DNA of 64,000 bases from Salinibacter sp. (GCF_036626415.1 NZ_JAZKRW010000002.1:9521-73520); one strand, 5' to 3'. Positions 27,977 to 37,993 are shown, counted from the first letter of the stretch. Notes: generated from the letters alone by a model not told the origin. Numbers and translations are program-made.

Positions 27977-29959
27977 TTGCTCGCTTCTAAGCCCGTGTCC
28001 CGACGCCTTTACGTGGGGCTGGCGTGTGCCCTCCTCGGTGCCGGCGCAGCGCTCCTGTGGTGGACGCTCCGTGGGCCCACGACCTCCCCGCCTCCCCACG
28101 ACTCCATCAACGGCCTCCAGGACACCGCGACGGTGGGCTGGACAAATCGTCACACCGCAACGATCGAGGCCGACGGCGCGAGCGATGCCCTGACGGCGCT
28201 GGGCTACCTGCACGGCATGACCCGCGCCTGGACCCTCACGGTGTGGCGTCACACCGCCCTGGGCACCCTCTCCGCCACGTTCGGCGACGCCCTCATCCCC
28301 ATCGACCGCCACGCGCGTCGACTGGGCTTTGCGCATCACGCCCGGCGGGCCTATCGCCGCCTCGCGCCTGCGACGCAAGAGCGCCTCGACGCGTATGCGC
28401 GCGGCCTGAGCGCGGCCCTCCAGTCCGACCGCGTACGTCAGCGGGAGCCGTTCCTGTATTTTGAACTTACGCCGGACCGCTGGGCCCCATGGCACGCGCT
28501 GGCCATCGAGCGACTGGTGGCGTGGACGGGCACCCGCCCCGTTGCGCAGGCGGCCGCCGCCCCCGCCCTATCCCCCTTTCGCACCGCCGATCGGCACCTC
28601 CGGCGCTGGCTCCACCTGCATGGTCGGTCGCGTAGCGTGGCCTGGGCCGCCCACTCCCCGAACGATACCACCCAGACGGCCCTCTTCGCCCGGCACGTGC
28701 TGGGGACCACGGCCGATCCCGTGATCCAAGAGGTCGTCCTCCGCCGGCCCGACACGCCCCCTGCGACCGTGGCCTCCATTCCAGGCACCCCCCTCTTTCC
28801 CACCGGCCGCGCCGGGGCGCACCGATGGACCTACCTGCTCCACAGCACGGCCCGGCTCGACACCGTGCACGTCGACTCGGCGCAGGCCCGGGTGCGCCAC
28901 GAACGCATCGCTCCCGCCCAGGGCGATGAGCAACTGGTCGAAATTCAACAGTACGGCCCGAGGGCCCGCATAGGCACGATCGGTGCCGACTCGGTCTGGG
29001 CACTGGAGTGGCCCGGCCTCCGTCCCCAGACCGATCTTCCACGGTGGCTCGCCACCGCCGGCTTGGGCGCACGCCAAGGCCCCGCCCCCCCCGATTTCCA
29101 TTTGACTGAGGGCAATGGGCTGAGGATAGACTCGGCGAGCGTCTGGTCGGTCCAGGGCCAGCCGCCCATCGTGCAACGCGGTCCCGCATCAATTCTCGTC
29201 GGCCGGTCCGACTGGGCCTTCCACCAGGCCGACGCGCTCCAGGCCCACGTACGATCTCTTCCGTTCACCCCGGGACAGTGGAGCGCAAGCGACTCCAGCA
29301 CCTGGGCGGCCGCCCTGCTCCCAGCCCTCGTGCCCGACCTAGCCCCCCTCGACGGGGCGGACTCCACAGCCGTCGACGCGCGGTCGTACCTGCGCAACTG
29401 GGACGCCGTCTACGACCCGGCCAGCATCGGGGCAGTGGTGTTTGAAGAATGGATGCGGGCCCACCAGCGAGAGACCGGACGCCTCCCATCTCCCACCGAT
29501 TCCACGTTTTTCTCGGCCCCGCGCCGGCGCCGGACGTTTCGGCGGGCCGTCGACTCGCTTGCTCGTCGCTTCGGCCCCGACGTTCGTCGATGGCGGTGGG
29601 AACGCGCGGCACCAGACCGCCGCTACTTTCCTGTATGGGCAGCCGACAGCCTGGTCGCACAGGACCTGTCCGGGATGAGCACCACTCAGTTTGCGCCGCT
29701 CGACCGCCCCGGGCGAGGGCACGCCTCCAGCCTCTCGGGCGGTCCCAGTCGGGTGGCCCCGCCGCCCCTCGGACCGGCCCCTACGCACTGGGACGGATGG
29801 ATGCGAGGCGCCACGGGCGACCTGACAGTGCGCCGCCTGCGCTTCACCCCCTCGGTCTTTTTCGCCCGATCTCTGCTCTCCCGCGAACCGCCGGCCCCTG
29901 TGTCCGTCCCCGACGCCTCCGTCGAGCAAACGACCACGCTCATGCCCGCAGAAGATTGA
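27977..29959 (+). CDS. Penicillin acylase (Ntn-hydrolase S45)-like protein, divergent
   Basis: N-terminal TM; TATIEA...ALGYLHG, DRHARRLGF, LDAYARG, LRNWD. The usual GSNNW motif appears as RSVAW. Confidence 0.7.
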   Translation: MLASKPVSRRLYVGLACALLGAGAALLWWTLRGPTTSPPPHDSINGLQDTATVGWTNRHTATIEADGASDALTALGYLHGMTRAWTLTVWRHTALGTLSATFGDALIPIDRHARRLGFAHHARRAYRRLAPATQERLDAYARGLSAALQSDRVRQREPFLYFELTPDRWAPWHALAIERLVAWTGTRPVAQAAAAPALSPFRTADRHLRRWLHLHGRSRSVAWAAHSPNDTTQTALFARHVLGTTADPVIQEVVLRRPDTPPATVASIPGTPLFPTGRAGAHRWTYLLHSTARLDTVHVDSAQARVRHERIAPAQGDEQLVEIQQYGPRARIGTIGADSVWALEWPGLRPQTDLPRWLATAGLGARQGPAPPDFHLTEGNGLRIDSASVWSVQGQPPIVQRGPASILVGRSDWAFHQADALQAHVRSLPFTPGQWSASDSSTWAAALLPALVPDLAPLDGADSTAVDARSYLRNWDAVYDPASIGAVVFEEWMRAHQRETGRLPSPTDSTFFSAPRRRRTFRRAVDSLARRFGPDVRRWRWERAAPDRRYFPVWAADSLVAQDLSGMSTTQFAPLDRPGRGHASSLSGGPSRVAPPPLGPAPTHWDGWMRGATGDLTVRRLRFTPSVFFARSLLSREPPAPVSVPDASVEQTTTLMPAED

Positions 29960-30013
29960 CCCAAGACGTGAGGCGTGATGGCCGAGGCAATGCCTCCGGG
30001 CCCCGCCTACGCT

Positions 30014-32005
30014 TCACGCCTCCTGCACCTGCCGTCGGATCTCTTCGGGCACGCTTGGGTCGCGCAGGGTCGTGGTGTCGCCAAGGTCCTGACCGTTAGA
30101 AATGCTTTCCAAGAGGCGCCGCATGATCTTGCCGGAGCGCGTCTTCGGCAGGTCGCCGACGAAGATGACGTTTGCCGGGCGGGCAAAGGGGCCGATCTCC
30201 TTCTCCACGGCGGCGATGATGTCTTGCCGGAGCTCGTCGGACGCCTCTGCGCCATCGCGGGGCGTGATGTACACATCGGGCACATGCCCCTTCCGGTCGT
30301 CCTGCCGGGCCGCCACCGCCGCCTCGGCCACCTCGGACACCTGGGCCACAGCCGATTCGAGCTCCATGGTCCCGAGGCGGTGCCCGGCCACATTCATCAC
30401 GTCGTCGAGCCGCCCCAGGACGCGGAAGTAGCCGTCTTGGGCGTGCACAGCCCCGTCGCCGGCCTCGTACACCCAGTCGCGCCAGTCGTCGGAGTCGACG
30501 TCCGAGAAGCGCCGCCAGTACTCGTTGATGAAGCGTTGGTCGTCGCCGTATACGGTCTGCAGCATGCCGGGCCAGGGGCGTTCGATCACCAGGTTGCCCG
30601 CCCGCCCGCTGGCGGCCTCCACCGGCGTGCCGTTGTTGTCGTAGATCGCCGGCTGGATGCCCGGGCACGCGTGTCCCGCCGAGCCGGGCTTCATGTCTTG
30701 CAGCGCCGGCAGATTGGTGATAAGGTGCCCCCCCGTCTCCGTCTGCCACCACGTGTCGACGATGACGGCGTCCTCGTTTCCGATGTGCGTATAGTACCAA
30801 AGCCACGCCTCCGGCTGGATGGGCTCCCCGACCGTCGTCATGTGGCGGAAGTCGAAATCGTAGGCTGCCGGGTGCTCTTTTCCCCACTTCATGTACATGC
30901 GGACCGCCGTAGGGGAGGTGTGGAAGATGTCCACGTCGTGTCGCTCAGCAATCTCCCAGGTGATCCCCTTGTGCGGGTGGTCTGGGGCCCCCTCGCGCAT
31001 AACACTCGTCGTCCCCAGGGCGAGCGGCCCGTAGACGATATAGGAATGGCCCGTGATCCACCCAATATCGGCGGCGCACCAGTAGGTGTCTTCCGGCTTG
31101 ATGTCGAGCACGTACTTCGATGTCCCCGCCACGTAACTGAGATATCCGCCGGTCCGGTGCTGCGCCCCCTTCGGCTTGCCGGTGGTGCCGGACGTGTACA
31201 TCAGGAAGAGAATGTCCTCCGCGTCGCGCGACACCGGCTCGACCCGCGCCCGCTCGTTGTTGGCGAGGAGTTCGGACACGAGAATATCACGTCCCTCCTC
31301 CAGGTCGGCATCGGGATGAAGAGTTCCCTCGTGACGCTCCCACACCAGCACCGTGTCGATGTCGGTGTCCGCCTCCTCCACGGCGGTATCGGCCTTCTCC
31401 TTGTGGTGCAGAAACTCGCCCCGCCGGTAGTAGCCGTCGATGGTGACGATGACGTCCGAGTCGGCGTCGGTCGCTCGCTGGGCGAGGGCACTGGCCGAGA
31501 AGCCCCCAAAGACGACCGAGTGGGGCGCGCCGATCCGCGCACAGGCCAGCATGGTGATGGGCAGCGCGGGCACCATGGGCAGGTGGAGCGTCACCACGTC
31601 GTCCGCCTCCACGCCGACGTCACGGAGCGAGGCCGCCATCTTGTTGACCTCTCGGTAGAGGTCCCGGTAGGTGATCGTGCGCCGGGTGCCGCCTTCACCC
31701 TCCCAGATGAAAGCCGCCTGATTGGGCCGGTCGTCGAGGTGACGGTCCACGCAGTTGTAGCAGGCGTTGAGCTCTCCCCCTGCAAACCACTCGAAGAAGG
31801 GCGGGTCCGACCCGTCGAAGACCTGGTCCCAGCGGGTGTCCCAGTCCAACAGATCGGCGTACTCTTCGAACCCCTCCGGAAAGTTGTCGAACCGGTCATA
31901 CACCGCCGGGTCCGAGACGTTGGCCTGTCCCACGAACGCCGGTGGGGGCCGCAGGTAGTCCTGGTCAGAAAGACGGGCTTCAAGGCGGGCATCTGCGTCG
32001 GCCAT
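30014..32005 (-). CDS. acs: Acetate--CoA ligase (AMP-forming)
   Basis: LNACYNCVDRH, YTSGTTGKPKG, ADIGWITGHSYIVYGPL, DTWWQTETG, LPKTRSGKIMRR. Confidence 0.96.
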   Translation of the reverse strand: MADADARLEARLSDQDYLRPPPAFVGQANVSDPAVYDRFDNFPEGFEEYADLLDWDTRWDQVFDGSDPPFFEWFAGGELNACYNCVDRHLDDRPNQAAFIWEGEGGTRRTITYRDLYREVNKMAASLRDVGVEADDVVTLHLPMVPALPITMLACARIGAPHSVVFGGFSASALAQRATDADSDVIVTIDGYYRRGEFLHHKEKADTAVEEADTDIDTVLVWERHEGTLHPDADLEEGRDILVSELLANNERARVEPVSRDAEDILFLMYTSGTTGKPKGAQHRTGGYLSYVAGTSKYVLDIKPEDTYWCAADIGWITGHSYIVYGPLALGTTSVMREGAPDHPHKGITWEIAERHDVDIFHTSPTAVRMYMKWGKEHPAAYDFDFRHMTTVGEPIQPEAWLWYYTHIGNEDAVIVDTWWQTETGGHLITNLPALQDMKPGSAGHACPGIQPAIYDNNGTPVEAASGRAGNLVIERPWPGMLQTVYGDDQRFINEYWRRFSDVDSDDWRDWVYEAGDGAVHAQDGYFRVLGRLDDVMNVAGHRLGTMELESAVAQVSEVAEAAVAARQDDRKGHVPDVYITPRDGAEASDELRQDIIAAVEKEIGPFARPANVIFVGDLPKTRSGKIMRRLLESISNGQDLGDTTTLRDPSVPEEIRRQVQEA

Positions 32006-32132
32006 GACGTGCAATCGGTTCGTCTGCGGGGAGGAACGGGGTGAATCAGCGGGCTTGGAAGGGCTTCTATCTTGTGCCCTGGTTCCGTAAGGTTGGGCTT
32101 GGGGGCTACGTTAGGAACTTGGGGGGGCAATT

Positions 32133-33980
32133 TCAACTCGGCGTCGGAACGCCGGGCCCCACCGTCAGCTCTGCGGTGCACCACCCGCGAACCGCATTGC
32201 AGCAGTACAGGGCGTCTGCCTCTTTGACATCCTCGAGGTCCAGCAGTCGCTCAGTGGCCTCCGGGTGGGTCTCCAGTACGTGATCCCGATATACACCCGG
32301 CAGCAGTCCCGCCTCCACCGGCGGGGTGAGCAGCGCATCGCCCCGCCGGACGAACACGTTGGTATACGTGCCCTCTGTTACCGCGCCATCCTGATTTAGC
32401 AAAATCGCCTCGTCGAAGCCGCCGTCTCGAGCCGCCGACAGGGCGCGTTCGTACGTGCCACGCCGGGTGGTTTTGTGGTAGAAGAACGGGTCGGCGGCAT
32501 CGACCTGCTCGTCGGCGACGGTCACCCGCCAGGGCTCATCGATCGATCCCTGCAGCGGCGTGGTTTCCACGTCAACCCCTCCCCAGCGGTCCAACGTGGC
32601 TCGGACTTTCAAAGCGTCCTCTTCTCCCGCCTGGGCCACAGCCCGATCCACTCGTCGCCGAAACCGTGCCTCATTGAACGGGAACGCAAAGTAGTCCGCC
32701 GACCGGGCGAGACGGGCCACGTGCCGGTCGAGAAGCAGGATCTGCCGACCGTCGGACCGCATCGTTTCGATGAGCTTCACGTCTTCGTCGGGAGGCGCAG
32801 TGGAATCCGACGGTGCCGTTCGAGCCTGCGTCAGGAAGTTGCCCTTGAGCGCACACTCCGCGTACTCGGCCGCCGGGTCGGAGTCCCACACGATGCCGCT
32901 GCCAATGCCCATAGTGCCCTTCGCCCCGTCCAGGACGGCGGTGCGAATGGCCACATTGAACACCGCCGTGTCGTCCGGCCCGGCCATCCCGATGGCACCG
33001 CAGTAGACGCCCCGCGGGGCAGCCTCCAGCTCGCGGATGATCCGCATGGCGCGGCGCTTGGGGGCTCCGGTGATGGAGCCACACGGAAAGAGTGCGCGGA
33101 GCACCGCGGCCAGCCCCGCGTCTTCTCGAAGGCGCCCTTCGACGGTCGAGGTCATCTGCGTGACGCTCTGGTACGGCTCCGTCTCGTAGAGCGACGGCAC
33201 CGTCACCGAGCCGGGACGACAACAAACCGACAGGTCATTGCGCAGAAGGTCGACAATCATGAGGTTTTCCGCCCGGTTCTTCGGATCCGCGGCAAGTTCG
33301 TCTCGCAGGGCCCGGTCTTCGGCCCGCGTTCGGCCGCGGCGGATGGTCCCCTTCATGGGCCGGGTCACCAACCGGTCGCCGTCGCGCCGAAAAAACAGCT
33401 CGGGCGACAGAGACAGAATCTGTCGGTCGCCACAGTGCAGGTAGGCAGCATACGGGACGCGCTGGCGGGCCCGGAGACGACGATACAGGCCTCGTGGGTC
33501 GCCCGCCACGCGGAAGCGAAGCGGAGCCGTGTAGTTGATTTGATAGACGTTGCCCCGACCGATGTGACGGCGGACGGCCCGCACGTCATCGATGTAGTCC
33601 GACTCCGAAACCCCCAGCCGAACGTCCTCGACGGCCGGATGTGCGTCGAGGGTGTTCAGCCCGGCCGCCACGTCCGCCGGCGCAAGGCGGTGGGGCGCTT
33701 CGTAAACCCCAAACCAGGCGAGCGGGTGGTCGGCCCGCTCCGAACTGTCGAGGTCCACGAAGGGGTACCCAGCCTCGTACGAAAGATGCCCCGCAACGTA
33801 GTGGCCACGGGTCGTTTCTGCCTGGAGCGTCTCGATCAGTGTTTGCACGTCCGCCGCGGTCGACGCGGTGTGTACGCGCTTCGGCGCCGTGAAGGCCCAG
33901 CTCCATCGGTTTTCGGCATCGGGCCGTGCCGAGTCGAGCAGAATGGTCCCGGGGCGGGTCAGAATCTTCGGGTCAAGCAC
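32133..33980 (-). CDS. pabB: Aminodeoxychorismate synthase component I fused to ADC lyase (PabB-PabC)
   Basis: YQINYT, SLSPELFF, PMKGT, KNRAENLMIVDLLRNDL, FPCGSITGAPK; then a class-IV aminotransferase-like domain: LIETM, HVARL, YHKTT, EGTYTNVF, GLLPGVYR. Start is estimated. Confidence 0.92.
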   Translation of the reverse strand: MLDPKILTRPGTILLDSARPDAENRWSWAFTAPKRVHTASTAADVQTLIETLQAETTRGHYVAGHLSYEAGYPFVDLDSSERADHPLAWFGVYEAPHRLAPADVAAGLNTLDAHPAVEDVRLGVSESDYIDDVRAVRRHIGRGNVYQINYTAPLRFRVAGDPRGLYRRLRARQRVPYAAYLHCGDRQILSLSPELFFRRDGDRLVTRPMKGTIRRGRTRAEDRALRDELAADPKNRAENLMIVDLLRNDLSVCCRPGSVTVPSLYETEPYQSVTQMTSTVEGRLREDAGLAAVLRALFPCGSITGAPKRRAMRIIRELEAAPRGVYCGAIGMAGPDDTAVFNVAIRTAVLDGAKGTMGIGSGIVWDSDPAAEYAECALKGNFLTQARTAPSDSTAPPDEDVKLIETMRSDGRQILLLDRHVARLARSADYFAFPFNEARFRRRVDRAVAQAGEEDALKVRATLDRWGGVDVETTPLQGSIDEPWRVTVADEQVDAADPFFYHKTTRRGTYERALSAARDGGFDEAILLNQDGAVTEGTYTNVFVRRGDALLTPPVEAGLLPGVYRDHVLETHPEATERLLDLEDVKEADALYCCNAVRGWCTAELTVGPGVPTPS

Positions 33981-34282
33981 GGCAGCAAGACGCGAGAGTC
34001 TGGAGTACAGCGGAGTATCTTCTGTACCGTATATTTCTCTATTGGTTGGCGGTCCACCACCCATGTTCCTGCAATTTCCCCTCGTCTAGGATGTCGGTGG
34101 CATCTACGGGATCGACCTGGTGTCGCCCCCAACCGGTCGGCGGGCTCACCTCCGAGGGCGGGATTGCTCTCTAGACAACGGTTGGGCTCCCCCCGAGCGA
34201 CCGACGGCAGGCCCCCAAACGACGGGGGCCGTCGCAACCCTTGCTATGGCACTTTTTTTTGCAATAACAGAGCCAACCCACT

Positions 34283-34309
34283 AAAAAAGCCCCGACTGGT
34301 GGTGCCTCC
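34283..34309 (-). terminator. Possible weak intrinsic terminator after the MDR gene
   Basis: Minus strand GGAGGCACC-ACCAGTC-GGGGCTTTTTT; the stem is imperfect. Confidence 0.35.
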
Positions 34310-34329
34310 GAACCTGCTGGCCTGCTGGG

Positions 34330-35352
34330 TTAGATCGAAATCACGACCTTCCCGAAGTGGGCCTGATCGGCCTGGTACTGGTATGCCGCTTGGGCCTCCT
34401 CCAGTGCGAAGGTACGATCGACGACCGGCCTGATGTCGTTGGCCTCGATCGCCGCGTTCATGGCCGCAAAGGAGTCGCGCGGGTGGTCGATTGATCCGAC
34501 GTAAATGCCGTGCAGATGCCCCCGCCGTTGCATGAGCATCTGCGGGTTCGGGTTCTGGTCCGCGTCGGTGAGCACCCCGATCAGTCCGATCTTGCCCTCC
34601 GGCGCCACGGCCTGGAAGGACCGGCCCAAGGTGCCTGTGCCCCCCACCTCAACCACGCAGTCCACCCCTCGACCGTCGGTCCGGTCCAGAATCGGCTCGT
34701 GCCAGTCGGGCGTGCGCTCGTAGTTGATTGTTTCGTCGGCCCCGAGGGCGCGGGCCCGCTCCCGCTTCTCGTCACTGGACGAGGTAATGAGCGTGCGGGC
34801 CCCGGCGGCTGTCGCAAATTGCAGCGCAAAGATTGAGACGCCCCCGGTCCCCAACATCAAGACCGTTTGACCGGGGAGCACGGGGCGGCCCGCCCCGAAG
34901 AGGGTATGCCAGGCCGTCTGGGCGGCGCAGGGAAGCGTCGCGGCCTCTTCCATCGAGAGGGTGTCTGGGACATGAAGGAGCCCACTCTCGTGGAAGACCT
35001 GATACTCCGCCAGCGTGCCGTCGAGGGGTGCGCCGAGGGGCTGCCGGGCAGCGGACGGCGGACCGTCCGGCGGCACCTGTGAAAAGGTATTCACCACACG
35101 GTCCCCCTTCTCAAATCCCGTCACGCCCTCCCCCACCGCCTCCACGTGCCCGGCGCCGTCCGAGAGCGGAATGAAGGGGGCATCTTGTTGGGACGGGTAC
35201 GTGCCCCATGCAATCGACAGGTCGCGGTAGTTGATAGACGCGGCCCGCATCCGTACGCGCACTTGCCCTGGGCCGGGATCCGGGCGGGGACGCTCGGTGT
35301 GCCGCAGGGCCTCGAAGGTGTTGCCACTGGGATCGAACTCGATGGCATTCAT
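34330..35352 (-). CDS. NAD(P)-dependent medium-chain dehydrogenase/reductase (quinone oxidoreductase-like)
   Basis: AASINYRD, PLSDGAG, AATLPCAAQTAW, LGTGGVS, GVDCVVEVGG, HFGKVVI. Confidence 0.92.
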   Translation of the reverse strand: MNAIEFDPSGNTFEALRHTERPRPDPGPGQVRVRMRAASINYRDLSIAWGTYPSQQDAPFIPLSDGAGHVEAVGEGVTGFEKGDRVVNTFSQVPPDGPPSAARQPLGAPLDGTLAEYQVFHESGLLHVPDTLSMEEAATLPCAAQTAWHTLFGAGRPVLPGQTVLMLGTGGVSIFALQFATAAGARTLITSSSDEKRERARALGADETINYERTPDWHEPILDRTDGRGVDCVVEVGGTGTLGRSFQAVAPEGKIGLIGVLTDADQNPNPQMLMQRRGHLHGIYVGSIDHPRDSFAAMNAAIEANDIRPVVDRTFALEEAQAAYQYQADQAHFGKVVISI

Positions 35353-35875
35353 GGCAGGGGGAGTATTTGTTGAGGAAGCAGTGTTCACCGGGAGACGGCG
35401 GACCTCGTAACCTGAAAGCGTGCCGGAGGTCCAGGCTGGACGGAGGGGCTGTTTCCAAAAACGCGTTGCGCTGCCTGTGGGCAGCGTGCGTGCCCGTTTC
35501 GGATCGACAGAAACGACCAGCATCGTCGCTCCAGACGTGCACCGCTCCAGACCTGATCTGGAGCCCTTCCAGCCGACAATTTCACCCTCCTGATTCGGGC
35601 ATGGGCTCCGAATCGTGTTTAGTGGTGCGACAACGGTGCGCGTGCTGGGCAATGAAGTGCATTTACGGGGGCCTCGTATGCTTGCCCTATTGCACGAGCC
35701 AATTCTAGATGTCGTGTGCATTGAGCGCAATGCCTAGAATGATCGTTTCAGATTGACTGCATCTTTGCCTGTGCGGAAACCCTGCGAAATTGACGGCCGG
35801 TTCTGGAACGACCATTTCAAATTAATGTATGGGGGTTCGGTTCATCGTTCTTGTGCACTCATCCATGATTCCCCC

Positions 35876-37027
35876 GTGGCATCTCCACTTTTCGACGAGC
35901 TCGATCTTGGTCCCCACACGCTCCCGCACCGCGCGGCAATGGCGCCGCTCACCCGCAACCGGGCCGCGGAGGGGAACGTGCCCACCGAACTGAACGCCGC
36001 GTACTACCGTCAGCGTGCCAGCGCCGCCCTCATCGTGAGCGAGGCGACCCAGGTGGCCCCCAAGGGACAGGGCTATCCCCGGACCCCCGGGATCCACTCG
36101 GACGAACAGGTCGAGGGCTGGAAGAAAGTCACGGATGCGGTCCACGAGGCCGGCGGGCGCATCTTCCTGCAACTCTGGCACGTGGGGCGCATCTCGCACC
36201 CCCTGTACCACGATGGGGAAACGCCCGTCGCTCCATCCCCGATCGCGCCGGACGGACAGGTTTTGACGCCGGACCTGGAGATGGTCCCCTTCGAGACGCC
36301 ACGCGCCCTCGGCACAGAGGAGGTGCCGGAGGTGGTGGAGCAGTATCGCACCGGGGCAAAGAACGCTCGGCGGGCCGGGTTCGACGGGGTGGAGATCCAC
36401 GCGGCCAATGGCTACCTCATCGACCAGTTTCTGCGGTCCCGCACCAACGAGCGCACGGATCGCTACGGCGGCTCGCTCAACAACCGGCTGCGCTTCTTGC
36501 GAGAGGTGATGGCCGCAGTCACCGACGAATGGGAGTCCGGGCGGGTCGGCGTTCGCCTCTCGCCGCTGAGCCCATTCAACGACATGGAGGATGCTACGCC
36601 GGCGGAGACCTTTCGCGCGGCTGCGTCAACCGCCGACGATTTTGAGCTTTCGTACGTCCACCTCGTGGAGCCGGCGGAGCCAAAGCCGCCCGTGGCCGGG
36701 GACGGCGAGACGGCCGCGGTCTTCTCCGGCATCCGGGAAGCGTTCGACGGCGCGCTGGTCGCCAATGGAAACTACGACACGGAGACGGCCACCGACGCCA
36801 TTGAGCGGGGATACGCCCAGCTGGTTGCCTTCGGACGTGCCTTCCTGGCCAACCCCGACCTGCCCCGCCGACTCAAGGAAGGGCTGCCGATCAACGTGCC
36901 GGACGAGGACACCTTCTACAACGGCGACGAGCACGGCTACACGGACTACCCGACGTGGGAGGAGCTGCAAAATGGCACGGCCTTCGACACGCTCGACTCC
37001 CTCGCCGAACTCGAAGCCCGCGGATAG
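35876..37027 (+). CDS. Alkene reductase (old yellow enzyme, NemA-like)
   Basis: MAPLTRNRA, YYRQRASA, QLWHVGR, GFDGVEIHAANGYLIDQFL, NERTDRYGGS, VAFGRAFLANPDL. GTG start inferred. Confidence 0.94.
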   Translation: MASPLFDELDLGPHTLPHRAAMAPLTRNRAAEGNVPTELNAAYYRQRASAALIVSEATQVAPKGQGYPRTPGIHSDEQVEGWKKVTDAVHEAGGRIFLQLWHVGRISHPLYHDGETPVAPSPIAPDGQVLTPDLEMVPFETPRALGTEEVPEVVEQYRTGAKNARRAGFDGVEIHAANGYLIDQFLRSRTNERTDRYGGSLNNRLRFLREVMAAVTDEWESGRVGVRLSPLSPFNDMEDATPAETFRAAASTADDFELSYVHLVEPAEPKPPVAGDGETAAVFSGIREAFDGALVANGNYDTETATDAIERGYAQLVAFGRAFLANPDLPRRLKEGLPINVPDEDTFYNGDEHGYTDYPTWEELQNGTAFDTLDSLAELEARG

Positions 37028-37063
37028 CGTCTTCCCTGCCCACACCCCCGACCCGGTTCTGCA

Positions 37064-37834
37064 ATGCCCACATCCCTAGCCGACTCCGACACGCCCACCG
37101 TCCGCCTCCGCCGCAGAGACGAGCGCGGCTACGAGAATATGGGCTGGACCGACAACTGGATGACCTTCTCGTTTGCGGACTACCACGACCCGGACTGGAT
37201 GCACTTCGGGCCGCTCCGCGTGATGGTGGAGAACCACATCCAGCCCCATGAGGGGTTCTCCGCACACCCGCACCGCGACGCGGAAATCGTCACGTACGTT
37301 GCCTCGGGCACGCTCACCCACGGGGACAACCAGGGGCACGAGGCCGGCATCTCGGCCGGAGAGATGCAGCTCATCAGCGCGGGGAGCGAGGGAATGGTGC
37401 ACTCCGAGGAGAACCACCACGACGTGGTGGAGCACAACTACCAGATGTGGCTCATCCCCGACCGGGCCGGGACCGACTTTGCCTACCACGAGCGCGGGTT
37501 CTCGCCCGAGGCGCGAGAGGGACAGTTTCGGTGCTACGTGGCCCCCTACACCGCCGAGGAGGCCGGCCCCGACGGCCCGATGCCCGTGGACACCGACGCC
37601 TACATCTACGCCGGGCTGTTCGGCGCGGGCGATCGGACGGAGCACGCGCTGGCCGACGGGCGGGGGGCGTGGATCCAGGTCGTCAAGGGCGAGGTGGACG
37701 TGGCGGGCGTCACTCTACAGAGCGGCGACGGCGCCGGCATCACCGACACCGGGACGTTAACCTTTGACTTCAGCGCGGAAACCGAAGCGCTCCTCTTCGA
37801 TCTGGGCATGGACGTGCCCCTCCTCTGGACGTAA
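37064..37834 (+). CDS. Pirin family protein (YhhW-like)
   Basis: FSFADYHDP, FGPLRV, HPHRDAEIVTY, SAG..MVHSE, QMWLIP. Confidence 0.93.
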   Translation: MPTSLADSDTPTVRLRRRDERGYENMGWTDNWMTFSFADYHDPDWMHFGPLRVMVENHIQPHEGFSAHPHRDAEIVTYVASGTLTHGDNQGHEAGISAGEMQLISAGSEGMVHSEENHHDVVEHNYQMWLIPDRAGTDFAYHERGFSPEAREGQFRCYVAPYTAEEAGPDGPMPVDTDAYIYAGLFGAGDRTEHALADGRGAWIQVVKGEVDVAGVTLQSGDGAGITDTGTLTFDFSAETEALLFDLGMDVPLLWT

Positions 37835-37993
37835 GCTAGGGGCCCTGAGCCCGCCTTTCGCCCAGAAAGTGCCCCGCGACCGCAGGGCGCTCACCGAACG
37901 CAAACGCCCGTCCCGGACTCCAGCGGACCCCAGAGGGGCCCTACACCACGTGCCTTCGGGCCCTGCTCGTCACGGGAGTGCGGGAGACGCGCA

